64,000 nucleotides of DNA from Eledone cirrhosa (taxonomy: Eukaryota), in assembly GCA_964016885.1 (NCBI GenBank), contig OZ024742.1, positions 242,668,001-242,732,000 on the forward strand. Reading direction: 5' to 3'. Shown one piece after another: positions 40,107 through 53,789 of this stretch. A program made the translations under genes and the position numbers. Positions within the stretch are counted from its first letter, which is position 1, and the number at the start of each line of letters is the position of its first letter. The notes beneath the pieces are model-generated. The model was not told the DNA's origin. It saw only the letters and a list, made by a program, of their open reading frames with translations, and ran no database searches.

Positions 40107-43100
40107 ATGGCCAATAGAAGAGTTGGATGTGTGAACGTACGCGGCCTGGGAATGCCCTGCAAACAGGGCAAACTCTTAAACGACATCAGGTCGCACAGTA
40201 TGGATGTGGTAGCCATTTGCGAGTCCAGGATCCACAGCGAGCGACAGCTGGCCCCCATCTTCGATGACTTTGACATCTACGCATCTCTCTGTCAACCGGG
40301 GGGTGGGGGCGGAGTTGCCGTTTTGCTGCGGAAACACCTGGGCCTCGTAACACAGACGGTACATCTGGACCCGGAGGGTCGACTGGTGGTCCTAGACGTT
40401 GACGGTAGTGAAGGTGGAGCCTTCAGGCTGGTGGCTGCATAATCCCCATCCGCGACACCACGGCCAGACTTCTTCAAACGTCTAGAGACTTTTCTGGGAA
40501 CGTCCCGCTCCTTGCTTTTAGTGGAGGACTGGAATGGAATCCTAGATGCACGTTGGGACTATGTGGGAGCATGTCCCGATAAATGGGAGTGTAACAGCCT
40601 CAAATAGTTAATCGACCGATTTGACTTGACCGATAGATATCGACTAGATTTTCCGACTGTGCCACTGAGGACGTGGACTAATCGTAGCGGAACATCTAGA
40701 TCGTACCTAGATAGGGTTCTAGTTAGAAATAAGGATAGGGACATGTTAAGCTGTTCACAAATGTTCATGGTTGCCTATTCAGATCACAAACTAGTGACCT
40801 GCATGGCCAACCTTGATAGAACCCATAGACAAGGACCCGGCTACTGGAAGCTGAACTTGTCGTTACCGACAAGCAAAGCCTACAGTAGACGGATTAGCAC
40901 TTTAGTTAAACAGCACTTGACAGGGGCCATTGTCAACAACAGATGGTGGTACTCTCTCAAGAGGGCAGTTAGATTAGACTCGTTAGTTTTTAGTAAAGAA
41001 TTAGCGTTAGATAGAAATAGAACCGAGAAGGAACTGGTAGATAAAGTAGAAGAGGCAATTAGAAATGGCAACGTAGCCAGCGTGCTAGCAACGAGAACGG
41101 CCTTGGACCAGTTCTTCGACGCAAAGCAGGAGGGCTTCGTTGTCAGAAGCAAAATACGTGCTCTGGGAAACGAGGGAGCCAAAGCTGTTAGCTGGGCCCG
41201 AGTGATGGAGACAAAAAGTGGCAACAAGTCCACGATTCGGTCTTTGAAGGACCAAAACGAAAGCCTGATACGTGAGCCGAAGCAGATGTGTGCGGCCTTT
41301 CAGCGGCACTTTGCTCAACTATTCGGGCGGGGCGGCACGGTTGGAGGGGCTATGGATTTCGGTCTTTACCTCGACGGCCTACCGCGACTCTCGGACAGCG
41401 AGGCAAAGTTCTGCGAAAAGCCGATTTCAGCCTCTGAGATAGGGGACGCGCTGAGCCAATGCGGCAAACGCAAATCTCCAGGTCTCCACGGTCTACCCTA
41501 CGAATTTTACGTAGCAATGCCGGACTTATTCTCCGGTCTCCTGGAAGCGGTCTACTGCAACTGGCAACAGAACGGGAGAATTCCCAGTTCTGTAACCGGG
41601 GGCGTGGTCACACTAGTCAGGAAGGACGAGAATAAGGGGGATGACATAGGCAACTTCCGGCCCATAACTCTGCTAAACACAGAGTTACAGATTTGGGCCA
41701 AGGTGTTGGCAAAGAGGCTGGCGCTTGTCGTCAAGAACCTGGTGGGAGAAGCGCAGACATGCGCAATCCCGACCAGGTCCATACACGACAACCTCCACCT
41801 CATGCGATACATCATAGAGAGGGTATGGTGTAAACCCGGCTTCGGTGGGGCCCTGATCAACTTGGATCAGTCTAAGGCTTTCGATAGGGTTGACCATCGT
41901 TACCTGGATGCGGTGCTCGAGGCGGCAGGCTTCGGACCCGTGTTCAGGGGCTGGATTGCTGCAATGCACAACAGCAACATCTGCTCAAGCGTCAAGGTGA
42001 ACGGCTACCTCTCGGAGCCGTTCCATATTACGCGATCTATTCGACAGGGATGCCCTCTCTCCTCCCTTCTGTACGTACTGACTCTCGAGCCACTACTGCG
42101 GAAGTTGGAGCTATTGCAGGGCATCCCTCTGGAACCGGGACTGCGGAAAGCGGCGTCGGCCTACGCCGACGACGTGGCAGAAATGGTGTCGAGCGCCTCG
42201 CAAATCGAGGAGGTCGGCACCTTACTGAAGGAATACGAAAGTTTCACAGGAGCGAAGCTGAACCGGGACAAGTCCATCGGTTTGCAACTCGGATCATGGA
42301 GAGGCAAACCGATGCCTTCCGATGGCGTCGTCGGACGCTGGACGGAAGGACCGGTAAAGCTGCTCGGGGTCTGGTTTGGTCCGGACCTCCGGGTGGAGAA
42401 GAACTGGAACGAAGTGACGGCCAAGGTGTTTGCATTCACGCAGAAGTGGGCCGACTGCAAACTATCCTTGAAAGGTCGAGCGGAGGTGGAGAACACTTTT
42501 ATAGCGTCCGCCATCTACTACCGCTTGACCGTCGTGCCTTGTCCAGCCAAAACGCTCGCCAAAATGGAGCGTGCGCTCTTCCAATTCCTTTGGAAGAGGC
42601 GGGCTCCTTTGGTGAGAAGATCCATCTGCTACCAACACCCTTCTAACGGAGGGCTGGGGATGCCGTGGTTGACGATGCGCAAACACGCGCTCAGGCTGCG
42701 GCATCTCTACGTATTCCTCACCGGACAACCGGTGTAGGCCCCGTTCGTGAGGCGAGCCTTCCCACGACTCGTCTCGCTGACCGTGCTGCAGTCCTGGGTC
42801 AAGCAAAGACCGAGAAAAATGGGCGACTGGCACATCGAATGTGCTCAGGCGCTCACAGCCCTCTGGCAGGCGGACCTGGCGATCAGTGGAGACGCCACTT
42901 CGTCATTCTATAGAGGGTTGATCCGCAGCAAGTGCGACGACGCGCTCCGTGAAACTCTAGGCGTAGAGGAAGATGAACTGGCCAGTCTGTTCGGTAGGAC
43001 CTTCTGCCCGGGACCGATGGACAACTTCCAAAAGTCCCTGGCCTGGCAGTGCTACCGAGGAGCTCTACCAGTTCGAGACAAGCTCTACAGACATGGGCGC

Positions 43101-43542
43101 CCGGGCAGGGACCCCCCTGCAAAAAAGATCTGTCCGAGATGCGTGCGTAATGAAGAAACCGTCGCGCACGTATTCATACACTGTCCGGGCGTCACTGACC
43201 TGTGGGGCTATGTAGAACGACTATTGTCGCGGGTGGGACCAATCCGGTTGACCACCGAGTCCATTGTCATGATCAAACCGCCACCATCCTTCAAAAACGA
43301 AGGAGAGGCGGTTTTCCTTTGTGTGATAGCTATGGCGAAAGGGGTTGTATGGTGGACAAGGTTGAAAGGGCTGAGGTCAGACACTTTCTCTCCGGTCAAC
43401 AACTGATTCTTTTTTTCAAATACCACTTTGGAAGAAGAATCAGGATGGAGAGAGAGGTGCTGTACCCCAGCAAGTTTTATGAAAGGTGGGTGAAAGTGGC
43501 GAGAATGGCCCGAGTGGGCCTTCTCTCTATATCAGCCTGTAG
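40107..43542 (+). pseudogene. Tx1-B1 ORF2 (APE-RT-zf) with stops and frameshifts
   Basis: NVRGL, SYLDR, SDHK, NFRPITLLN, RQGCPLS, AYADD, CPRC..H..HC. Confidence 0.9.
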
Positions 43543-44002
43543 GTTGAGGAAAAGGAGGAGGAGAGGAAAGGAGTACAAACTCTTCGTACTCCTGGAGATG
43601 AGGGTTTCACATTTTTTCGCGGGTATGTGTTACCCATATGAACTGTCTCCCCCTATTGGGGAAAATCGACTAATTTTTTACATTGCATTTGTCATAACAT
43701 TTTACACGTTTTTATTGTATGTAAACTTCCCCCTTTGTATTTGTCCCCTTCTTTTGTGCCCCTGTGGCTAATAAAGAAACATATCTATCTCGTATAGTAT
43801 AGACGCGTATAACATCGGCTCCTGCCTTTTTGAATTTTTACCCATTGACAGTAAGTGTTTGTCTCTTTATTGTGTTGTCTTCGTGCCTTTTAACCACCCG
43901 GCTAGGTCTGTAGACGGGTGGTCATCGTATTTTTACCCCTTTTGGGGATAAAAACTACTCCAAAATATTTTTGCTGACTCACAATGGTAAAAAGTTGACG
44001 CC

Positions 44003-45772
44003 ATGTCTGCAGCACGTGTGGACGATAACGCCACGCTCACTAAGGAAGAAGAGAGAAAGAAGCAAGCGGTACAAAGCGTTTTGCTTTCTCGCGTCAACGT
44101 TGTAAAAGACTTGGTAAACGGCGATATGCCAGACAAACAATTAAATACGGGTGCAAACCCAATTTATTACAACTCAAACACTAACAATGACAAAACCAAC
44201 ACACCAAACGAGAAAGACAACAACAACAAAAATGAAAACAACTCAAATTACGAGAAACAAAACAATTCAAACACCAACAACGAAAACAAAATATCTTTTC
44301 CACAGACTGCTAAAATATCAGTCACATATGTGCTTGAGGATATATCAAATGCAAAAGAAATGCTTGAAAAAGCAAAAAAATATGTATCGTTTAGCGAAAA
44401 TGGATCTTTTTCCATCAATTCGCCCCCAGAACTAAAAAAACAGACGGAATTACGAACTGTTGTATTCCGTACAATTGCAAACAAAACAAAAAAACCAGCA
44501 CAACCATCTCAAGCTGAAATTCAGTTAGTCCTGAAAGAGGCTATGAAAGACATTATTTTCATACAAAAGGATAAACTCTATGGCAGTTTATCCATATTGA
44601 TGAAAGACGAATTGGCGACGAAAAAATACTCTGTGTCGCCAATTCGTTCCACACATTACACCTTTTTCCCCACCTACATGGGTAAAAAAAACCAAAGAAT
44701 ATGGATAACCACCATCACCCCAAACATAAATTACTGGTGGTTACTAACCGGTTTCCTCAACTTAGACGAGGATAACCTTATATCAATAGGGAAGGCATCC
44801 GGCGACGCGTTCAGTGGAACGAGCATTGAAGTTCTGGCCCAAATAAGGCCAGAACGTATCGCCCAAATCCCTGAGCGCGTCATGCTGGATTACCGTACCC
44901 ACCTCAACATTATTGTGGAGGGTAGGCGTCCCTCCTGTTACCTCTGTGGCAATAGAGGTCACCTGAGGGCTGCCTGTCCCCAGCTCACACCGAAAAAACC
45001 ATTGCTACCAACACCCCAACAACCAACACCCACACCTCCCCAACAACAACAACAAAAACAACCACAACAACAACAACAAAAACCAACAACACCACCACAA
45101 CAACAACAACAAATACGTGAAAAAACAACACAGAACACTGTCCCACCCAAAACAAATACAAAATCACACACACCGCAAACACTACCAGAAAACATACCCC
45201 TCCCACCCAACAAGGAAGACGAACACCTTTCGTCGCAAGACGAAAAAGATCCCTTCCAAATAGTAAAAAGAAAGAAGAGGAGGCGCACCACAGACACACT
45301 TATTAACATTAACCCTCCCCAAGAGAAAACAAACTATATACAAACCACCCCTCCCCGTCACACAACACTAACTGCTACGCAAAAAAAGACTTTACAATAT
45401 ACATACATGAACACAAACAAAGAACTAATGAACACAATTTCGTCAAACCCTTCGGTCCAAACTGAAGGGCCCAACTTTCTAACTGCTGTGGGACTACCTC
45501 ATTTACAAATGATTAAAGTCCCAATGAACTTATACAAAACGTTGAAAATAAATTTCACGGAGGACGTGGGCCGTCCCTGCTCCAAGCCAATCAACCGGGT
45601 CCTCCTAAAAAATTTCCCCACCCTCTACCCAGACACCCACTCAACCACAAACACCCCAACCCCACAACACACTGATGCCCCTACACTTCCACAAACCACC
45701 ACCCCACCCAACAACCCATCCCCAACCCTCATGGAAATTGAGCAGCCCGCTCCCCGGGACGCAGAGTGGTAA
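44003..45772 (+). CDS. Tx1-B2 ORF1p, 589 aa, intact
   Basis: Open frame; CYLCGNRGHLRAAC knuckle; N- and Q/P/T-rich linkers; basic NLS-like KRKKRRR. Confidence 0.85.
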   Translation: MSAARVDDNATLTKEEERKKQAVQSVLLSRVNVVKDLVNGDMPDKQLNTGANPIYYNSNTNNDKTNTPNEKDNNNKNENNSNYEKQNNSNTNNENKISFPQTAKISVTYVLEDISNAKEMLEKAKKYVSFSENGSFSINSPPELKKQTELRTVVFRTIANKTKKPAQPSQAEIQLVLKEAMKDIIFIQKDKLYGSLSILMKDELATKKYSVSPIRSTHYTFFPTYMGKKNQRIWITTITPNINYWWLLTGFLNLDEDNLISIGKASGDAFSGTSIEVLAQIRPERIAQIPERVMLDYRTHLNIIVEGRRPSCYLCGNRGHLRAACPQLTPKKPLLPTPQQPTPTPPQQQQQKQPQQQQQKPTTPPQQQQQIREKTTQNTVPPKTNTKSHTPQTLPENIPLPPNKEDEHLSSQDEKDPFQIVKRKKRRRTTDTLININPPQEKTNYIQTTPPRHTTLTATQKKTLQYTYMNTNKELMNTISSNPSVQTEGPNFLTAVGLPHLQMIKVPMNLYKTLKINFTEDVGRPCSKPINRVLLKNFPTLYPDTHSTTNTPTPQHTDAPTLPQTTTPPNNPSPTLMEIEQPAPRDAEW

Positions 45773-45796
45773 GTGCCTTTTCTCCTTACCACCAAC

Positions 45797-48700
45797 ATGG
45801 CTGTGCTGAGAGAAGGGTGTCTAAATGCGCGTGGCCTGAGCTCACCTTGGAAGCAAGCAATGCTTCTAAATGACTTCAGGTCACGATCTATAAATGTGAT
45901 GGTTATCTGCGAGGCCCGGATCAGCAACATGCGACAGCTAGACCCCGCCTTTGATGACTTTGAGATGCACGCATCTCTCTGTCAGCCCGGAGGTGGGGGT
46001 GGGCTTGTCGTTCTGCTGCAAAAACATCTGGGTCTCGCCACACAGATAGTTCACTTGGACCGAGGGGGTCGACTGGTGGTGCTGGACCTTGGCAGTGGTG
46101 AAGGTGGAGCCTTTAGGCTGGTAGGCGCATATGCCTCTTTTGGGACAGAGCGGCCCGACTTTTTCCAGCGTCTGGAGTCTTTTCTAGGGACGTCCCGTTC
46201 TCTGCTTTTAGTGGGGGACTGGAATGGTATCCTGGATGCACGTTGGGACTATGCAGGGGCATGTCCCGATACATTACCGGCAAGTAAAGCTTAGAGGGAC
46301 CGGATTAGTACGTTAGTTAAGGAGCGGTTGACTGGAGCGATCGTCAACAGCAGGTCGTGGATATCTCTAAAGAGAGAGATTAGATTAGTCTCGATAGAAT
46401 TTAGTAAGGTTCTAGCTGCGGATAGGAATAGGAAGGAAAGTGACCCGATAGATAGAGTAGAAGAGGCAATTAGAAGCGGCGACGTGGCCAGAGTGCTAGC
46501 GTCGAGAACGGCTTTGAGCCAGTTTTTCGACACGAAGCACGAAGGCTGCGTTGTCCGAAGTAAAATACGTGCTCTAGTGAACGAGGGGACCAAAGCTGTT
46601 AGCTGGGCCCGCGTGACAGAAGCCAAGAGTGGAACTAAATCCACCATCCGGTCTTTGCGAGACCAGGATGGACGGGCGATCCTTGAACCTAAGCAGATGT
46701 GTGAGGCCTTTCAAAGGCACTTTGCCCGATTGTTCGGAAGGGGCGGGGAGCCGTTTGGGGATGTGGACTTCGGTCCATACCTCGACGGCCTGCCGCGTCT
46801 CTCGGACAGGGAGGCGAAGTCCTGCGAGGAGCCGATTTCAGCAGCTGAGATAGAGGACGTGCTGAACCAATGCGGCAAACGCAAATCCCCGGGTCTCGAT
46901 GGTCTTCCATACGAACTATATCTAGCTATGCCGGACTTGTTCCCCGATCTCCTCGAGGCGGTCTACTGCAATTGGCAGCAGAAGGGGAGAATTCCCTGTG
47001 CTGTGACCAAGGGCGTAGTCACGCTAGTGAGGAATGACGAGAACAAGGGGGACGAAATAAGTAACTTCAGGCCCATAACTCTTCTAAATACAGAGTTACA
47101 GATTTTGGCCAAGGTGCTAGCAAAGAGGTTGGCGCTTGTCGTCGAGAACCTGGTGGGAGATGCGCAGACATGTGCTATCCCGTCCAGGTCCATCCATGAC
47201 AACCTCCACCTCATGCGATACATCATAGAGAGGGTTGGGAACGAACCCGGCTTTGGTGGGGCTTTGATCAACTTGGATCAATCTAAGGCGTTCGATAGGG
47301 TCGACCATGGTTACCTGGATGCGGTGCTAGCGGCGGCAGGCTTCGGACCCGTTTTCAGGGGCTGGATCACTGCTATGCACAGCAGCCGCATCTGCTCTAG
47401 AGTCAAGGTGAACGGCTACTTCTCGGAGCCGTTCGAAATCGCGCGGTCCTTCCGACAAGGGTGCCCTCACTCCTCCCTTCTGTATGTAGTGACTCTACAG
47501 CCACTGATGTGGAAGTTGGAGTTGTTGCAGGGCATCCCTTTGGAACCAGAATTGCGGAAAGCGGTGTCGGCCTACGCCGATCACGTGACAGTAATGGTGT
47601 CGACGGCCTCCGAAATCGGGGCGATCAGTACCCTACTGGAGGAGTACGAAAGGTTCACAGGGGCTAAGCTGAACCGGGACAAGTCGATCGGTTTGCAACT
47701 CGGCACCTGGAGGGGCAAACCGATGCCCTCCGATGGCGTCGTCGGACGCTGGACGGAGGGCCCGGTGAAGTTGCTCGGGGTCTGGTTCGGGCCAGACCTC
47801 CAGGTGGAGAAGAACTGGGGTGAGGTTACGAACAGGGTGTTTGCACTGACCCAGAAGTGGGCCAGTTGCAAACTATCCCTGAAAGGTCGGGCGGAGGTGG
47901 CGAACACCTATATAGCGTCCGTCATCTACTACCGCCTGACCATCGTGCCTTGCCCAAGGGAATCCCTCGCCAAGATGGAGCGCGCACTCTTCCAATTCCT
48001 TTGGAAGAAGCGGGCTCCTTTGGTGAGGAGATCCATCTGCTGTCAACACCCTTCAAAAGGAGGGCTGGGGATGCCGTGGCTAATGATGCGTAAACACGCA
48101 TTAAGGCTACGGCACCTCCACGTAATCCTCACCGGTCAACCGGTGTGGGCCTCGTTTGTGAGACGAACCTTTCCCAGACTCGTCTCACTCACCGAGCTGC
48201 AATCCTGGGTCAAGCAAAGACCGAGAAAACTGGGCGCCTGGCACATTGAGTGTGCCCAGGCGCTCACCGCCCTCTGGCAGGCGGACCCGGTTATCAGTGG
48301 AGACTCCACCGCGACATTCTATAGAGGGCTGGTACGCAGCAGGTGCGACGACGCCCTCGGACAAGCCCTAGACATGGAGGAAGACGAACTGGCCAGCCTG
48401 TTCGGTAGGACATTCAGCCTGGGACCTATGGACAACTTCCAGAAGTCCCTGGCCTGGCAGTGCTATCGAGGGGCTCTACCCGTTCGAGAAAAGCTCTACA
48501 GACACGGGCGCCCGGGTTGGGACCCCGCCAAAAAGATCTGTCCCAGATGCGTGTGCAACGAGGAAACCGTTGCACACGCATTGGTACACTGCTCGGGCGT
48601 AGCCGATCTGTGGGGCTATGTCGAACAACTGCTGTCAAGGGTGGGACCGATCCGGTTGACCATCGAGTCTATTGTAACGATCAAGCCGCCCCACCCCTTC

Positions 48701-48955
48701 AAAAATGAAGGAGAGGCGGCGTTTCTGTGCGTAAAAGCCATGGTGAAAGAGGTTGTATGGTGGACGCGTCTGAAAGGACTGAGGTCAGGCACCTTTCTCT
48801 CTGGCCAACAACTGGTCCGTTTCTTCCGATATCATTTCGGAAGAAGGATCAGGATGGAGAGAGAGGTGCTCCACCCCAGTCGTTTTTATGAAAGGTGGGT
48901 GAAAGTGGCGAGAATGGCCCGTGTGAATGGGCCTTCTCTTTACATCAGCCTGTAG
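45797..48955 (+). pseudogene. Tx1-B2 ORF2 with internal deletion of the endonuclease C-terminus
   Basis: Jumps at ~46270 over the region corresponding to B1 ~40580-40860 (YLDR/SDHK lost); RT motif altered to AYADH. Confidence 0.88.
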
Positions 48956-49320
48956 GTGGAAAAGAGGAAGGAACGAGTGAGCACCCTCTCTCTGTGCTGC
49001 TGAGGAGAAGGGGTTGCACACTTTTTTCGGGGGGGTGTGCGACCTCCCAAACGCTCTCTCCCTATTGAGGACTTTATTGTTAATTTTATATTTGTTATTT
49101 GTTTTCTTTACTCGCCTTTTTGTGTAAACTCCCCCCATTGTACTTGTCCCACTTTTTGATGCCCTGCTGGCAAATAAAAAAAAACATATCTATCTATAAT
49201 AGAAGGAAAGGGCAGGCAGTTTATCTGCCTGGTAGTCATGCCGAAAGAGGTCGCGTAGTGGACAGGTCTGAAAGGGTTAAAGACAAGCACTTTCCTCTTC
49301 GGCGAAGCGGTGATTAACTT

Positions 49321-49663
49321 TGTGGTGGTGTTGGTGGTGATGATGGGGGGTCGTGGTGATGGTGGTGGTGGTGGTAGTAGTGATGTTGGTGGTGGTAGTA
49401 GTGTTGGTGGTGGTGGTGGTGGTGATTGTGGTGGTGATGGTGTTGGTGGTGGTGGTGGTGGTAGTGGTGATGGTGGTGGTAGTGGTGGTGGGGTGGTGAT
49501 GGTGGTGGTAGTAGTGTTGGTGGTGGTGGTGTGGTGGTTGTGGTGGTGATGGTGGTGGTGGTGGTGGTGGTGATGGTGGTGATGGTGATGGCGGTGGTGG
49601 TGGTGGTGTTTCTGGTGGTGGTGGTGTTGGTGGTGATGGTGGCGGTGGTGGTGGTGGTGGTTA
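49321..49663. repeat. Degenerate (GGT)n microsatellite
   Basis: Directly visible. Confidence 0.95.
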
Positions 49664-49998
49664 TTGTCACAGCATTTTGATGGACAAATTTTTATATTTC
49701 ATTTGGTCGCCAAATAATTTTGAACTCGAATTCTATAACATGCCGCGCTAACAGCTTTTTTTTAAAAATGTGTAAAATAACTAGTTAAAAATTGCCTTAG
49801 TCATCTAATTTAATTTATTCCGACAAACACAAAAAATGTATGTGTATGAATTTGTTTGTAAGTTGGATGTGTGCTCTCTCTTTGAGTGTATAAAAATTAC
49901 ATATGTATATATGTGCATATATATATATATATGTGGGTCTCTGTGTGTGTATGTATGTATATATATATATATATATATATATAAACATTTATATATAT

Positions 49999-50103
<105 letters not shown>

Positions 50104-50991
50104 TGGGGGGAACACTCTTTCACTTTTTCAACGGTATGCAGAAGCATACTCACATTTAATGAAATTAATTCTTTGTGGAAGATGTGTGTGTGTGTTGGTG
50201 CGAGTGAGCGTGTTATATTTGTTTCACTACATTTTTTTAACTTTTAGTAGTTTGTGCTTAAGAAGTATTTATCTATTTTTTTTTCCTATTTTGTTTTAAT
50301 TTATTCTTGTTCATTCCACACAACCATCTTCATTTGTACTCTATGAAATTTACTGCGATATTCTCTAAACATAACCGTTCAGATACGAAAATAAGACATT
50401 ATCAGAAAATGTCCAATGAATATTTTTCTAATACCGTTAAACGATAGTTAAGCTTAATTGGTGTCGTGTATAGCTTGTGGCTTCATATAATTTGCATATC
50501 TTTTATCATTTAGTTCGCCATTAACAGTTAGCGTTCTTGCAATAAACGTTCTTTTGTTTAGTGTTTCGGGCAGGTATTCTCCAATATATTTTGTAGTGTT
50601 TTTGAATGTCTGTCATAGCTAATTTTTCTGTGTATTTAATTAGATCATCAAAGGAAATTAGTTATCGCTAATGTTGTTATTATTATTTATTTTTATCATC
50701 ATCAGCATCAGCATCATTACCGCCATCATCATTATTAGAATTTTTGTCACGCGTCGCAAGTTAATGACATTCCAGACTAAATGATAAATAAATAAATTTG
50801 GAAAGGAATAAAATGTTAGCCACACTGGAATTCAAAAGGCAGTAGAGGATCCAAAATAATTTTGGGGTTTTAGGAATACCAGTAGGAAACATACGATCTG
50901 TTGCTTCTATAAAATAGGTGCATAATTCACTTTAGCTTGGCCTATCATTGCCTCCATAGGAATCAGAATTACCCCAGTTATCCTTTACAAA

Positions 50992-51090
50992 TAGGCGGCA
51001 AATTTGCCGTTAGAATTCTGGATAAAGTAGTGTAGTATTTGTTTCGGCTCTCTACTCTCTGAGTTCAAATCGCACCAAGTTATCTGACTT
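50992..51090 (+). mobile_element. 5' half of a tRNA-SINE
   Basis: CTCTGAGTTCAAATCGCACC B-box with diverged head. Confidence 0.6.
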
Positions 51091-51174
51091 TAATGATAGG
51101 AATCTAAATTGTGTCTTTGATATAACTCATCATTGAATAATTGAATATATTATTCATAGCATGATTCTGAAAAT

Positions 51175-51495
51175 AAATGGTTCTGACTTCACAAGCCCCC
51201 GGCTGTCAGAATGTGTTATGGACTGGATCCCATTAAGAAGGAGGATTTGCCTCTTGAAGCTTAGGTTTAAAGATAGTTCTCTATGGATGGTGCAACATCA
51301 TGCACCAAACAAGGAATCCGACCGAATACAGGTCTTTTCTTAGTGAAGTCACTGCAGCGTTAGGTATAGTTCAGATTGAGTCATATATCTTGATGGGAGA
51401 CTTCAATGCACATGTTAGCACTGACCACCTGATATGGAAAGAAGTGATTGGAAAGAATGGCGACCCTGATCTAAATACGAATGGAGAGGTCTTAC

Positions 51496-51497
<2 letters not shown>
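51175..51497 (+). pseudogene. Decayed RTE-clade APE endonuclease fragment
   Basis: RICLLKL..Q.HAPN..Y.SFL..ILMGDFNAHV..W..VIG.NG..DLN.NG..LL. Confidence 0.8.
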
Positions 51498-51530
<33 letters not shown>

Positions 51531-52518
51531 CTGCTGCTACTACTACTACTGATGCTGTCGCTGCTTCTGTTATCGCTGATACTGCTACTACTTCCAAAGA
51601 AGAAGAAGAAGAAGAAGAAGAAGAATTCAACGCTTTAATGAATCTACCAATTTACCATCCTAGACTTTATTTTTATGGACGAATTATTTATGGGCTCCTA
51701 CTTGTTAGAGCAATAACAGTGCACCTAAGCTAACATAATATCAAATGAGAATTGAAACCGGATTTTAAATTCAAATCGACAAAATCTTACGCAATATGAC
51801 AAGAAATAACGTGCTGAATGTTACTTGTGTTGCTTGTTTAATAGATGTTCGTGTGCAAAACATAATAGATTGGTTCTCACTAATGTAGAATTTTATAGTT
51901 TTTCGAAAGCTGTTTTGAATGTTTCAGCAAAAATGGTCCATTAAAGAGGAAAGTTCAAAAAGGTAGTTTCTTATAAAGTCTGTCTCATTAAGTTTACAAC
52001 TGAATTTATTGTGTAGTAAAAATTGATTTTTCTCCCAATATTCCGCTTTTATTAACTTGAAAATATATTCGGATGAGCATGCAAAACGTTTTTAGTTACT
52101 AGTTAGTTACCAAACCACGGGGCTTTTTACGTATTAATCTACTTTTAAAATATTCATCTAAATAAATTTCAGTTAGTAATCAATAGCTGATACAAATTAC
52201 AAAATCGAATATGTTTACCTATTTCTTTTTTATCTCTATCTCCTCTCTTTCCCTTCTCTCCCCTCTCTCTATCTCTCTCTCTGGATATATATACATATAT
52301 ATATATATATTGGGTTACAGGCGCTCACACACAGATAAAGAAACACGTGTAAATATATATATGGATGTATGTGTGCGTACACATAAACACGCAGATGTAA
52401 GACAGTCTTGATTGGCTGCTGACACTGCAAACGTAAAGAAACTCCAGAGTAACGAGACACTGATTCAAATCTAATAAAACTATTAATCTCTACTATAGTA
52501 TATATTGAGTACGTCAAT

Positions 52519-52598
<80 letters not shown>

Positions 52599-52841
52599 AG
52601 CGAAGCAAGCGGTTATTAAACAATTCTCTAAATAAATTAAAAAACGATTTAAATAATCACTTGTTCCATTGCTGTTACCGACGGTTTCATCATTCCAAAA
52701 GATTGGAAATCCAGAGAATTTCCAATGGAAAGAAATTTACTATGGGGCTTGCAACCTTATAGTGTGGAAATAGGCTGTCTGAAGATTCATTTCTTTCCAT
52801 TGGAAATTCTCTGGATTTCCAATCTTTTGGAATGATGAAAC

Positions 52842-53268
52842 TAAAGAAAAATGATATATCGTCCAGGTGTGTGAACGACATCTCATCTCTCTAAAATTAT
52901 TAATTAAAACAGAAGGGCTTTAACGATAACAAGGCTAATATTTTATTAAATGATTCATTTAATAAAACATGACATAATAATTACATTCATAGGACATACC
53001 CTGCAAGCTAAATGGCAATGGCTTAATTCTTACATTCAAGAAGAGATATGAAAATCTCTTGGTCAAAAACAGGCGTTTTTACAAAGTACGTTCACGTGGC
53101 AGGACAAAGGCGACTGGAATTGAAAACCAAATCTCTTGAGTTTTACATTGGCGTCTCTTCTTTTAGAGAACGCCGAGATAAGGGAAGTAATTCGCTATTT
53201 TCTTGTGTTACCCACAGGTGGCGACACTGCGTTGCTATAGTCAACACACTGTCGCCATAGTTACTACA
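52842..53268 (-). repeat. Gypsy 3' LTR
   Basis: About 8 mismatches by eye to 57439-57865. Confidence 0.95.
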
Positions 53269-53789
53269 ATCACCTCCGACCAAATTTTTAATAAAAATCG
53301 TAAAAGAAACGATAGCATGGAGGAACTAGAAGTTGTAAATTGGTGCAAGAAAAATTCCTGTAGTATATAACAATGAAGCCAAAGCCTTACAAGGTACTCT
53401 TTACAAGTTGTTGAAACCGGTTTCAAAACGAACAATATAGAGGTGAAATAGGTTAATGCATGCAAGCATTACACAAAAAATATACAACAAATGCAATAAT
53501 TATACACATGCAGCAATAAATGCAAAATGCATTAAAAATACCATTCGCAGTAAGGGTCCCAAATGCGATAAAAAAAAACGATAGGCATTGAAAATGCCAT
53601 AGGAAGTAAGGTTACAAAATGCAATGAAAAATTATAATATGCCTTAAAAATACCAAAGGCAGTCAGGGTACAAAATGCAACAACAACTTCAATATACAGT
53701 AAAAATAACTGCAAGAAAAAAGAATACAATTCAGAAGTGTATAGTACTGCATAGCTTACGGGGCCAATGCACCCTTCGACCTGAACGGG

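Larger units (their letters stand above)
37950..43780 (+). mobile_element. Tx1/L1-clade element, family Tx1-B copy 1 (full length, decayed)
   Basis: 5' UTR, broken ORF1 (CYHCFSRGHLRASC), ORF2, 3' end CCTGTGGCTAATAAAGAAAC. Confidence 0.9.
43791..49185 (+). mobile_element. Tx1/L1-clade element, family Tx1-B copy 2
   Basis: Head-to-tail after B1, separated by ATATCTATCT; ends AATAAAAAAAAAC then ATATCTATCT. Confidence 0.9.

Noticed and set aside
49310-49670. Gly-rich and Thr/His-rich ORFs
   Set aside because: (GGT)n microsatellite artefact
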